Shown one piece after another: positions 29,023 to 37,417 of a DNA stretch of 64,000 nt. Below the pieces are notes generated by a model, which was not told the origin of the DNA, did not search any database, and saw only the letters and a program-made list of their open reading frames with translations. Source of the DNA: a virus; the IMG/VR virus record IMGVR_UViG_3300010413_002950, positions 1 through 64,000 of that record, one strand, 5' to 3'. Position 1 is the first letter of the stretch. Every line of letters starts with the position of its first letter. The position numbers were made by a program, and so were the translations under genes.

Positions 29023-29981
29023 ATTCTCACATTCCTACCAGCTTCAAAAACTACAGCATTACGGTAATAGCTATGAGCTTGAAACACATTTAGATCTCCA
29101 GGATCTGTATTCGCTGGCAATCTTGCTACTCTAAGGTCATCGCAAATTGCGACCAGCTTATTGCAAATGGCTATAGCTGAATAGGGTATTTGCAAATCAA
29201 CTTCAGAATCATTATCCATCATAACTACTATTGTCTTTAGATTGAGCTTTAATAATAGCGCTTTCTGAGGATCGTGCAATTCTTTTCCGAATAAGCCTAA
29301 AGCATTAATTCCAAATGTTGCTAATTTCAAGACATCCATTGGCCCTTCTACAAGAGCTACTTCTCCATTAGTAATCTCGCTATAGATCTGGCTCCAGCCA
29401 TATAGCATTCTTGCAAATTTAGTACCCTTGGGATGAAAATACTTTGGCTCACGATCATCTACAGCTCTAGAAGTAAATGCAAATCCATTTGGACAAGAGA
29501 AAGGGAATATTATTCTATTTCTGTAATCGCCCTTATTGCAAAAGCCTAAGTAATACCTAAGAGCTATTTCTCTTTCAATGCCACGATCTACAAGGTATTT
29601 AGGCATTTGCCATTTCTTGCCATCAAATACAGAAATAAATTCATCTGGCGGTAATATCTCAATCATTTCTTTCTCTTTAGCTCTCAGGATATTCTTGTAT
29701 CTATCCCAATCTTCATCTTGATGGTTATTTTGCCAACGGAATTTTACAACCTCTCTAAATCTTTTTAGCTTTATAGCTTTGTAGCTTTCGCCTGTAACTT
29801 CAGCTACTAGCCAAATGATATCACGATTTCTTTTATCACACTTGAAGCAAGTCCAATAACCTTCTTTCTGATGAATGTAAAGATGTTCAGCCTTACCGCA
29901 AAATGGACAATCGCAAATTAGTGATGGACCAGCTCCTCTGCCATTTAGTTCAGCTTTAGCCCATTCTAAGAAGCTATTCAC
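29019..29981 (-). CDS. dnaG: DNA primase (DnaG-like)
   Basis: CPFC..CFKC zinc finger, RIIFP, PKY, TOPRIM EGPMD and DND. Confidence 0.9.
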   Translation of the reverse strand: MNSFLEWAKAELNGRGAGPSLICDCPFCGKAEHLYIHQKEGYWTCFKCDKRNRDIIWLVAEVTGESYKAIKLKRFREVVKFRWQNNHQDEDWDRYKNILRAKEKEMIEILPPDEFISVFDGKKWQMPKYLVDRGIEREIALRYYLGFCNKGDYRNRIIFPFSCPNGFAFTSRAVDDREPKYFHPKGTKFARMLYGWSQIYSEITNGEVALVEGPMDVLKLATFGINALGLFGKELHDPQKALLLKLNLKTIVVMMDNDSEVDLQIPYSAIAICNKLVAICDDLRVARLPANTDPGDLNVFQAHSYYRNAVVFEAGRNVRI

Positions 29982-31317
29982 CTTCAGCCTCGGTTATAAT
30001 CATCCTGGAAAGATCTGCATCCAAAGGAATATAGAATTTGTCTTCTTCTTCTCTCAACTTCTCAACAAAAATCTCAAAACCGCCTTTAGCTTCTTCCTCA
30101 ACTGGCTCATCAGCCATAACATTCACACCATATCTCTTTCTCTCATTCAAAGTCAACATCACATCAACCAGTTTCTCTTTATCATAACTCTCTGAAGCTG
30201 ATCCGCCTTTAGCTACTTTGTTCTCATACTCTTTACCGGCATGAGCTGTAGTCCAGCCAATTAGCTCCTGGCTTTCTAGCAAATCCTTGACATCTGTATA
30301 AACTTCTTTTTGCGATAGCCTGAAGCTTTCAGTTCGTCTAATTGGCTGCATATGATCAACAGAATCTATTATTACCATATCAATATCGCTACCAATTTCG
30401 TCTCTTACATCATCCAAAGCATTCTTGATAACATCTATATTGCAACTTCTTAACGGTATACTAATGATCCTGAGCTTCTTGTCAAACTTCTTTCTAGCTT
30501 CAGCTATCATTTCTTCATATTTTTTCAGCTCTGTTGGATTAAATTCATAGTGCTTGAATTTTCTATAGCGAATACCTGAAAATCTAGAATCATACCTTTG
30601 AGCTACTCGCTTAACCGCCATTTCTGTAGAAAATTGTACAACCGTATAGCCACAGCTAATAGCATGATAGCCAAGCTGAATAGCAAAGGAAGTTTTGCCA
30701 CGGCCTTTAGTTCCGACTATCATGCCAAATTCGCCCTCGCACATACCTACTATTTTCTTATCAAGAGAATAGATACCTGTAGGAATTGTCTTAAAGCGAT
30801 TAGGGTAGATCTTGCGGATTCTTCGCTCTTCCTGTCTCTCTAAAGCTTCTTCTGACCATCTTGATATCTGATAGCTTCTTTCCCTTAGCTCACCTCTCAT
30901 CAAATCCTTGATAGGTTCCCAAGCCTCATCATACCTACCTTGCTGTAGCTGATCAGCTGTAGCTCTGATAGCCATTTCAAGATCTGCTGTTCGGATAAAG
31001 CGCCTTAGCTCATCTAGTGATGCTTTTGATGAAGAAGTATCAGTTTGATAAAGCTGTCTAACCACATGCAAATTAGCTTTACGGATATCTTCGTCAGCAA
31101 ACTTTCTACCAGCATATTCTATAAAGTGCTGAGCTTTAGGCCGTTCAGCAAATTCACGCCAGATTTTCTTTATTACCGTCCAGACCCAACTATGCTCTTT
31201 AACAAGAAAGTGTGTGCGATCCAAAACTTCTGCAGCTTTCCGCATATACTTCTGATCTGTTAGGCATTGAGCTAATACTTCTCGCTCAAATTCTACATTG
31301 TGCTTTATGTCATTCAC
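29974..31317 (-). CDS. dnaB: replicative DnaB-like helicase
   Basis: IPTGI..LD, GTKGRGKT, STEM, IIDSVD. Confidence 0.9.
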   Translation of the reverse strand: MNDIKHNVEFEREVLAQCLTDQKYMRKAAEVLDRTHFLVKEHSWVWTVIKKIWREFAERPKAQHFIEYAGRKFADEDIRKANLHVVRQLYQTDTSSSKASLDELRRFIRTADLEMAIRATADQLQQGRYDEAWEPIKDLMRGELRERSYQISRWSEEALERQEERRIRKIYPNRFKTIPTGIYSLDKKIVGMCEGEFGMIVGTKGRGKTSFAIQLGYHAISCGYTVVQFSTEMAVKRVAQRYDSRFSGIRYRKFKHYEFNPTELKKYEEMIAEARKKFDKKLRIISIPLRSCNIDVIKNALDDVRDEIGSDIDMVIIDSVDHMQPIRRTESFRLSQKEVYTDVKDLLESQELIGWTTAHAGKEYENKVAKGGSASESYDKEKLVDVMLTLNERKRYGVNVMADEPVEEEAKGGFEIFVEKLREEEDKFYIPLDADLSRMIITEAEGE

Positions 31318-31556
31318 TTATCGATATCTGGAAGAAGCCAACCTTCTGGCAATTGCTCTGGTTCAAAAAAATCTACATTTTCTATATTTACTATACCATG
31401 ATCAGCTTCATCTACTAACACCTTGCCAAGGAACACTCCTTTTCTGCCATCTTCAAGTGTAATTAGTATTCGCTGACACCAGCTTCCATCATATTTTTTC
31501 TCCGACACTTTGCCATCCTCCAGAGATATTGCTCTTAATTTCATCACACACCTCAA
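31314..31556 (-). CDS. hypothetical protein
   Basis: 80-aa tiled ORF. Confidence 0.5.
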   Translation of the reverse strand: MRCVMKLRAISLEDGKVSEKKYDGSWCQRILITLEDGRKGVFLGKVLVDEADHGIVNIENVDFFEPEQLPEGWLLPDIDK

Positions 31557-31986
31557 GTATTATTTGCTCATAATATTTCTTAGCTATTCTGCTAGCATAC
31601 CAATTGTCACAATTCTTGTGAATGTCTAAAAGAATTAGTAAAATTGGTTTTGTATTTAGATCATGCTTATAATGTATATAAATATTATAGCTACCACGCT
31701 CTTTGAATTTTTTTCGTATTACTTCTTTAGCTATTTTCTTATTATGCTGATCGCCACCAAACCGCTTCTTAAATTTCTTCTGAATCTTATTGAAATTCTC
31801 ATTCCCCAAAAATTCTCTCAACCTATCATCCAATTTCCAATCAACCTTATCTACAATCTTATTAACTGTAAAATTATATCGAATAGCTTTTCTGTCATCA
31901 AGCATATCATCAACTCGATACCCAATAGTTGACACTCTTCTTTCATCAATTGGATCTTTCAGATAGACAAATTTGAGATCGCACAT
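31489..31986 (-). CDS. hypothetical protein
   Basis: 165-aa ORF, GGAG SD. Confidence 0.55.
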   Translation of the reverse strand: MCDLKFVYLKDPIDERRVSTIGYRVDDMLDDRKAIRYNFTVNKIVDKVDWKLDDRLREFLGNENFNKIQKKFKKRFGGDQHNKKIAKEVIRKKFKERGSYNIYIHYKHDLNTKPILLILLDIHKNCDNWYASRIAKKYYEQIILEVCDEIKSNISGGWQSVGEKI

Positions 31987-31994
31987 AGTTACTC

Positions 31995-32078
31995 CTAAGA
32001 ATTAATCCATGCAAAAATACCAAACAAAATTATAATGCTTACATCAATAAGCATACCTATTATGTCATCATCCTTCAT
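31995..32078 (-). CDS. 27-aa single-TM microprotein (not in ORF track)
   Basis: MKDDDIIGMLIDVSIIILFGIFAWINS. Confidence 0.4.
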   Translation of the reverse strand: MKDDDIIGMLIDVSIIILFGIFAWINS

Positions 32079-32080
32079 AG

Positions 32081-32257
32081 CTATTTTGCCGATAGCTTTG
32101 TAACCGTAGATCCACCTAGAAGACCAACTATTAATGTAATCACTGGCATTCCAACATCGCTACCTATCTTGTCAGCATACATTAGAAATGTAACTGCTCC
32201 TATAACCACTAGGCTTATAACACCATTCTTAATCATTGTTGCGTATTTTTCATTCAT
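32081..32257 (-). CDS. 58-aa two-TM protein, holin-like topology (not in ORF track)
   Basis: MNEKYATMIKNGVISLVVIGAVTFLMYADKIGSDVGMPVITLIVGLLGGSTVTKLSAK; AGGAG SD. Confidence 0.6.
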   Translation of the reverse strand: MNEKYATMIKNGVISLVVIGAVTFLMYADKIGSDVGMPVITLIVGLLGGSTVTKLSAK

Positions 32258-32260
32258 TGC

Positions 32261-32431
32261 CTACTCCTTTGAAACAAATTTCACATCATAATTCTTAGAT
32301 GCAAAATAGCGAAATACATACTTTGAAGTTTTGCCAATAGCCCATTTTAGTATTGGTGCTGCTTCAGCTACATAGCCATTTCTGATTACTAACCCAGCGC
32401 AATAGTATGGCGATGTTATTTGATATAGCAT
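32261..32431 (-). CDS. 56-aa hypothetical protein (not in ORF track)
   Basis: MLYQITSPYYCAGLV...AAPILKWAIG; TAATG coupling. Confidence 0.6.
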   Translation of the reverse strand: MLYQITSPYYCAGLVIRNGYVAEAAPILKWAIGKTSKYVFRYFASKNYDVKFVSKE

Positions 32432-32682
32432 TATTTGCTTATCTCAACTAGCTTCAGCTCTCCATCAATTTCTTTTTCTTCAAGTATTGGCTTTTGAGTA
32501 GCTTTTATCATATAATTCAAATTATTCTTTAATTCTAAAAAACTTTCTCCGTATGGAGCAATCTCATCAGTCCAGCCATCTATTTGATCATTGTCATCAT
32601 ACCAAACTTCATGAATACCATACATATAGTCATCTGACCGTTCTATTTTCTTACGAATAACCCTATAGTTCCATCCCGACAT
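32431..32682 (-). CDS. conserved small phage protein
   Basis: WNYRVI...YGIHEVWYD...P.GES..EL pattern. Confidence 0.7.
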   Translation of the reverse strand: MSGWNYRVIRKKIERSDDYMYGIHEVWYDDNDQIDGWTDEIAPYGESFLELKNNLNYMIKATQKPILEEKEIDGELKLVEISK

Positions 32683-32684
32683 AG

Positions 32685-32990
32685 CTACTCCAGAAAGCAT
32701 TCATCAGCTTTTTCACAGCTACTAGCTACAGCTACACATTTAGGATGCAAGGAAATACCAGTGCCGCTAGTTTCTAGCTCAATACAGACATCGCTACAGC
32801 TAACATCATCAGCAGTTCCATATTCGTCATCTTCTCCAGCTGATCCTTCCCAACCAGGGCAATCCAGCTTCAGCATATTGCTACAAGCTAAAGCACATAG
32901 CTCAACTACATCACCTGTTGGCTCTGGAACTACCGGATCAGGGTTAAATGTACAAGCCGATAGTAAAATCAAAATACCTAAATGTTTCAT
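32685..32990 (-). CDS. Cys-rich lipoprotein
   Basis: lipobox LSAC; eight further Cys. Confidence 0.7.
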   Translation of the reverse strand: MKHLGILILLSACTFNPDPVVPEPTGDVVELCALACSNMLKLDCPGWEGSAGEDDEYGTADDVSCSDVCIELETSGTGISLHPKCVAVASSCEKADECFLE

Positions 32991-33181
32991 ACTTCAATTA
33001 CCTTTAGAAAGTCAGAATAGAGTACCCAACGAAAACTGACATTTTGATACCAATTATCTGGATAATATCCTACTTTGCTATAGATATATTCATTTTGACC
33101 GTATTTGTTTTTATCCCACACCTCAAATATTAATAATTCATTCTCAGGCGGTTCGCCAGTTTGCCATTTTAGTTTATTCAT
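32987..33181 (-). CDS. hypothetical protein
   Basis: 64-aa ORF, WQTGEPP start. Confidence 0.55.
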   Translation of the reverse strand: MNKLKWQTGEPPENELLIFEVWDKNKYGQNEYIYSKVGYYPDNWYQNVSFRWVLYSDFLKVIEV

Positions 33182-33975
33182 GCTTCAACCCTCCTTAGCT
33201 TCTTCCAGCCATAAACAATGTTGAAATCGCTTGAATATTTCCACTTAATCACATCTTCTGTAACCTCAACAAAACCGCCATCACGCCAAAATTCAGACCA
33301 TGAATTTACTTGCTTGAAAATCACAATTCCGTTGTGCTCTCGATAGCCAACTAGCGTTTGCATATGACCACCAACTAAAGGATCATTAGCTGAAGGCACA
33401 TCAACAATGCTAGGGCCATCATCCTCAAGATATGACTTAGAAACCTGGCTACCATAGATCACAGGATACTCAGCATCTATAGCGGCTTGTACAGCCTTTA
33501 CACGCTGATCGCCTACATCAAATATCTGCACGTACTTGCCATCTTTTCTGGAATGCCCTTTCATGTAAGCGTTCCAAGGAGGTTGCCTATTGATCTTAAA
33601 TCGGCTATCAGAAAACGGCCAATACTTTTCAGATGGAACTCCAAACTTTCTTAGCATTTCCAGAGCGCTTCTTGGATAAGTTCCAGAATCAGTTATTCTA
33701 CCGCCATCATATTTTCTTGGATTCCAATATGCAAATAGCCTAGAAATTGGATCATATTCTAATCCAACTACTGACTCTAAAATCATAATAGCATAAGCTA
33801 TAGCCTGAGCTACACAGGAGCTACTGCCACCCTGATTAAGGATTTTTACTATATGCTGCTCTAGACTTTTAGCTTCAGATAAGCCGTATAGCGATAGCCC
33901 TAGTTTATCTATATCGTGATCTCTAATGTCAAATTCGTTAGGTATCCAACCTAGCTTTTTCTTTCTTCTACCCAT
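33178..33975 (-). CDS. papain-like cysteine peptidase (family C1)
   Basis: NQGGSSSCVAQA, SRLFAY, GGH, VGY, NSW..W.DGG. Confidence 0.9.
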   Translation of the reverse strand: MGRRKKKLGWIPNEFDIRDHDIDKLGLSLYGLSEAKSLEQHIVKILNQGGSSSCVAQAIAYAIMILESVVGLEYDPISRLFAYWNPRKYDGGRITDSGTYPRSALEMLRKFGVPSEKYWPFSDSRFKINRQPPWNAYMKGHSRKDGKYVQIFDVGDQRVKAVQAAIDAEYPVIYGSQVSKSYLEDDGPSIVDVPSANDPLVGGHMQTLVGYREHNGIVIFKQVNSWSEFWRDGGFVEVTEDVIKWKYSSDFNIVYGWKKLRRVEA

Positions 33976-34244
33976 TATTTACTCAATCCTGTTTTCTTAG
34001 CTGCAGCTTTCTGAGCCGATAACACTTCATCCAGAAATGGCTGTAGGTTATCATGAATTGCGCACCACTGCTGTGGGCTTAAGCCTTGTAGCTCTTCTGG
34101 TTTCTCTGCAGCTACTAGCTCACACAGAATAGCAGCTGCGTCATTAGCCGTTCTACCTACATCCTTTAGCAACCCACAGCTAGCAACTATTACCAAAGTT
34201 GAAATTATTAGTAATTGTCCGATTATTAGAGTTATAGCTTTCAT
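33975..34244 (-). CDS. lipoprotein
   Basis: hydrophobic signal plus VASC lipobox. Confidence 0.7.
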   Translation of the reverse strand: MKAITLIIGQLLIISTLVIVASCGLLKDVGRTANDAAAILCELVAAEKPEELQGLSPQQWCAIHDNLQPFLDEVLSAQKAAAKKTGLSK

Positions 34245-34522
34245 TTATTTACCTCATATTTTATTGTTTTTTGAAACCAATACTCGTTCATTTTATCCAA
34301 GAAATCAGCCGTAATAGGATACCCAGATTTTGAACCTATAACAGAATCAATTCCACAAAATGGACACATAGCCGTTTGTTCAATATCAATCCACCCCATA
34401 ATCTTTGATGGAGCAAAAATTTCCCCACAGTAGAAACAGCCACATTGCTCACTGGCTAATATCTCATCTCTATGATAACTAGATCTATCATGAGCAGCTA
34501 TATGGTCTTTATTTATTTCCAT
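34241..34522 (-). CDS. conserved small zinc-binding protein
   Basis: CGCFYC...CPFCGIDSVIG...M..YWF. Confidence 0.7.
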   Translation of the reverse strand: MEINKDHIAAHDRSSYHRDEILASEQCGCFYCGEIFAPSKIMGWIDIEQTAMCPFCGIDSVIGSKSGYPITADFLDKMNEYWFQKTIKYEVNK

Positions 34523-35160
34523 CCCATATCCTCTTGCATTTTCTTTCTTAGCTGTGGCCTATAATCTCCTGGTTCCATAACAACTTTCTCAAAGCAACCA
34601 GAGATCAAGCTTGTTAGTGTTGCCCCATAGTCTTTATTTGTTATATCCTTGTTACTTGCCAATAGCGTAGGCAATAGGTTATCATTCCTATTCTTCAATA
34701 TTCTTTCTACCTGAGTTCTCATCCAAGAATCAGCTTCTTTATATTTCTCTTTTAGCAATTCATCAATACAGAGAAAATCGCTCTGTATCATCAGCTCTAG
34801 CCGATCAGCCCACTTGTTATCTGAGAAACCACGCTTCAGATCGTATTCAAGCTGTGACACAGTTGTGTAATAAGCAAAGTAGCCTCTTTCCAAAGCTTTG
34901 CATAAAATGAAAGAAGCTAGCATTGTTTTGCTAGAGCCGTTATCTCCTATCAGACACAGCCCATAGCCATTAGCTCTAGCTGCTTTTAGATTCTGACAAT
35001 ATGGTATAATATATTTTAGAAATTGTCTTTTTGATGTTTCTATATCTTCTATCTTTACATTCCAAAAGCGCATAGGAATACAAGCTTCAAACTTAGCAAG
35101 TTGGCCCTTGCCAGTCTGGTTTCTGTATTTGAATTCGTCTACGTGGCTTTCAGTGCGCAT
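34513..35160 (-). CDS. DnaC/IstB-like AAA+ helicase loader
   Basis: IPMRF, GDNGSSKT, DFLCIDEL, R....LPT..ASN. Confidence 0.85.
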   Translation of the reverse strand: MRTESHVDEFKYRNQTGKGQLAKFEACIPMRFWNVKIEDIETSKRQFLKYIIPYCQNLKAARANGYGLCLIGDNGSSKTMLASFILCKALERGYFAYYTTVSQLEYDLKRGFSDNKWADRLELMIQSDFLCIDELLKEKYKEADSWMRTQVERILKNRNDNLLPTLLASNKDITNKDYGATLTSLISGCFEKVVMEPGDYRPQLRKKMQEDMGWK

Positions 35161-35163
35161 TGG

Positions 35164-35367
35164 TTATCTCTTATATTCAATATTCTCTTCTAAGCAACGT
35201 AACCTATAACGAACTTCTTCACATATTCCAAGTAAATTTAAACCCTTATTTTCACCAATCTTTTCTCTTCGCAATTTTCTAATACCATTTGGAAATTCGT
35301 AATAATCAACATTAGCAAACCAGCCATACTTTGATTTATTGTAAGTTACTTGATACTTGGATTCCAT
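35164..35367 (-). CDS. hypothetical protein
   Basis: 67-aa ORF. Confidence 0.5.
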   Translation of the reverse strand: MESKYQVTYNKSKYGWFANVDYYEFPNGIRKLRREKIGENKGLNLLGICEEVRYRLRCLEENIEYKR

Positions 35368-35369
35368 TG

Positions 35370-35654
35370 CTATTTCTCTTCTTCAGAAATAAGAACCGGG
35401 CCAACTGGCTCAACCAACATATGCTTTTCTCCGATATGAGCAATTTCAAAAGTATAGTTATTGATAACTATCTTTTCACCAACTTGAAACACAGACCAAT
35501 GCTTTGGAACAGGAGAACCATCAGGACGAATCAAATTGCCAATATTCGTTTCGTATTGCTTTACCAATTTCTCATGTTGTTTCATGTACTCAATCAAATC
35601 TTCTTTGGTTGTGCAATTAATCAAATACTCAAATTTGTTTGTCTCTGGATTCAT
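35370..35654 (-). CDS. hypothetical protein
   Basis: 94-aa ORF, GAGG SD. Confidence 0.55.
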   Translation of the reverse strand: MNPETNKFEYLINCTTKEDLIEYMKQHEKLVKQYETNIGNLIRPDGSPVPKHWSVFQVGEKIVINNYTFEIAHIGEKHMLVEPVGPVLISEEEK

Positions 35655-35660
35655 ATTTCC

Positions 35661-37091
35661 TCAGTTATAAAAATTCTCCACAAGGTAATCAACAATCTCT
35701 TTCATGCTATCACTCATACCTAAATCGCCCGGTTGCTCTTTCTCATGTCTAGCTGCTACCTGGTAAGTCATTAGCTCACGATCTGTCATCTTCAACGCTT
35801 TATCAAAACCTCCTGATCTTAGCGCATCTCTAAAGCCCCTGTCAAGTTCTCCGATAAAAGAATGTCCATATTCTTCATTTTGCTTTTTTCCATTCTTTCT
35901 ACTTTTTCCATTAGTTTTAGAAAATGCAATATTTGCAGCTTCTATCTGCTTGTCTCCAGACAAGAATGTCATGGTAGGAAAATCCAAGTTTGTAAAATTG
36001 TTTTCAACCCAATAGCCAATATATTTTTCTGGCCTGATATTTTGCTCAAGGCAATATATTGCAAGTTTGATACACGCTGGTTGAATATGTTTTCCATCTG
36101 GCGGTAGCCCATTTCCGGTTTCTCGATATTTCTCAGCACAGTATACACGCAAAAATTCTTCATGCAAGTCAGCTTCAAGCTTTTTCTTCTTTTGCGTAAA
36201 AGCTTTTTTCTTAGAGTCAAGAATTGTAAGCATGGTATTTCTATTAGCTTCATCCGTAGCAAATAGCTCATCCTTGCTCTGGCTAAGGTCTGGAGTGGGT
36301 AGCGAATTGTTTTTCAATCTGCTTTTAGCTTTTTCCTTAGCTTCAGCCAATCGCTTTTTCTTTTTCTCAAGAGATGGGTTTCGTTTTTTTGGTTTTGAAG
36401 GAGGTTGAGAATTAGATTTAGGATCGTCCTCCTTGGAGGCATCACAACTCGTTGTGATAACGTTTTCCATATCTTTAGATATAGCTTTAAGCTTTAATTC
36501 TTTTTCTTCTTTAACTTTAATGTTAATTTTAAGGCTTGAATTCGGTTTAACTTGCTCGCAAGTTGCGCGCAAGTTGTCAGCCATATTAAAATAGCTTTTC
36601 CCAAAGCATAATAAGAAGGCTTCAATTGTTTCTAAAATCTCTATTTTTAAAGCACAATTTGGTATATCGTTCCAAGCATAAATCCACGTTCTAACTGTAT
36701 TCAAATTGTGGGGTGGATTATCGAATAAAGACATGGGAACAAATATCAATCCAACGTCCCAATCTGCTTTTGAAAGATAAGAAATCTTTAAATTTTTTGA
36801 AAAATCTTTAAAATTCTTAAAATTTAAAATCGGTTTAACTTGCGCGCAACTTGCTCGCAACTCGTCAAAGTGTTTTTCAAGAGTCGGAATATCCCACCCC
36901 AATCTTGATGCTAACCCACCCTTTGTAATATTAATTATTCCTGGTATCATGCCATTTTCAGAACAGGTTAATAGGTATAGAAATAAGGTTTGAGCATCTC
37001 CCTTAGATCTGCTTAAATTTCTAAAATTCTCGTCTGTCCAGATGGTAGGATATATCTTTTTATATCTTCTTTTAGTTTGTTTTTGCTTCAT
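35661..37091 (-). CDS. phage replication initiator (replisome organizer-like)
   Basis: IWTDENFRNLS..AQTLFLYLLT wHTH N-terminus; low-complexity linker; internal repeats; upstream of DnaC-like loader. Confidence 0.75.
   Translation of the reverse strand: MKQKQTKRRYKKIYPTIWTDENFRNLSRSKGDAQTLFLYLLTCSENGMIPGIINITKGGLASRLGWDIPTLEKHFDELRASCAQVKPILNFKNFKDFSKNLKISYLSKADWDVGLIFVPMSLFDNPPHNLNTVRTWIYAWNDIPNCALKIEILETIEAFLLCFGKSYFNMADNLRATCEQVKPNSSLKINIKVKEEKELKLKAISKDMENVITTSCDASKEDDPKSNSQPPSKPKKRNPSLEKKKKRLAEAKEKAKSRLKNNSLPTPDLSQSKDELFATDEANRNTMLTILDSKKKAFTQKKKKLEADLHEEFLRVYCAEKYRETGNGLPPDGKHIQPACIKLAIYCLEQNIRPEKYIGYWVENNFTNLDFPTMTFLSGDKQIEAANIAFSKTNGKSRKNGKKQNEEYGHSFIGELDRGFRDALRSGGFDKALKMTDRELMTYQVAARHEKEQPGDLGMSDSMKEIVDYLVENFYN
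36543..36866. repeat. iteron-like repeats / putative replication origin
   Basis: CGGTTTAACTTGC(T/G)CGCAA(G/C)TTGC(G/T)CGCAA at 36543 and 36831; AT-rich tract 36781-36830. Confidence 0.65.
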
Positions 37092-37102
37092 TTTTTCTCC
37101 AT

Positions 37103-37417
37103 TTACAAGTTAATGAACCTATTAAAGCCACTTAGTAAACACCTATACTGTAATTTTACAATACTAGGCTGATATGGCTTTTCAAATTCTATATCTATAT
37201 AGCCCTTTCTTTTAAGCTCTTTCAATACATCATATAACCCCCTATAGGTATAACCTAGATCTTCGGCTAATTTGCTCATACCTCTAGCTAATTCCTTATC
37301 AGAATAGAGGTGTAGCCGGATCCAAACAGCAAAAGCTGAAGATTTTAGCTCCTTATAGGCTACCTCTATAGTCTTGTGATTGCTTTTAGGGCTGTATTTA
37401 TATTTTACTCTAAGCAT
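37103..37417 (-). CDS. winged-helix DNA-binding protein
   Basis: LAEDLGYTYRGLYDVLKELKRKGYI. Confidence 0.75.
   Translation of the reverse strand: MLRVKYKYSPKSNHKTIEVAYKELKSSAFAVWIRLHLYSDKELARGMSKLAEDLGYTYRGLYDVLKELKRKGYIDIEFEKPYQPSIVKLQYRCLLSGFNRFINL

Noticed and set aside
19507-31317. Inteins or introns in recA, dnaE, dnaB or primase
   Set aside because: Lengths are normal and no splice motifs are seen.
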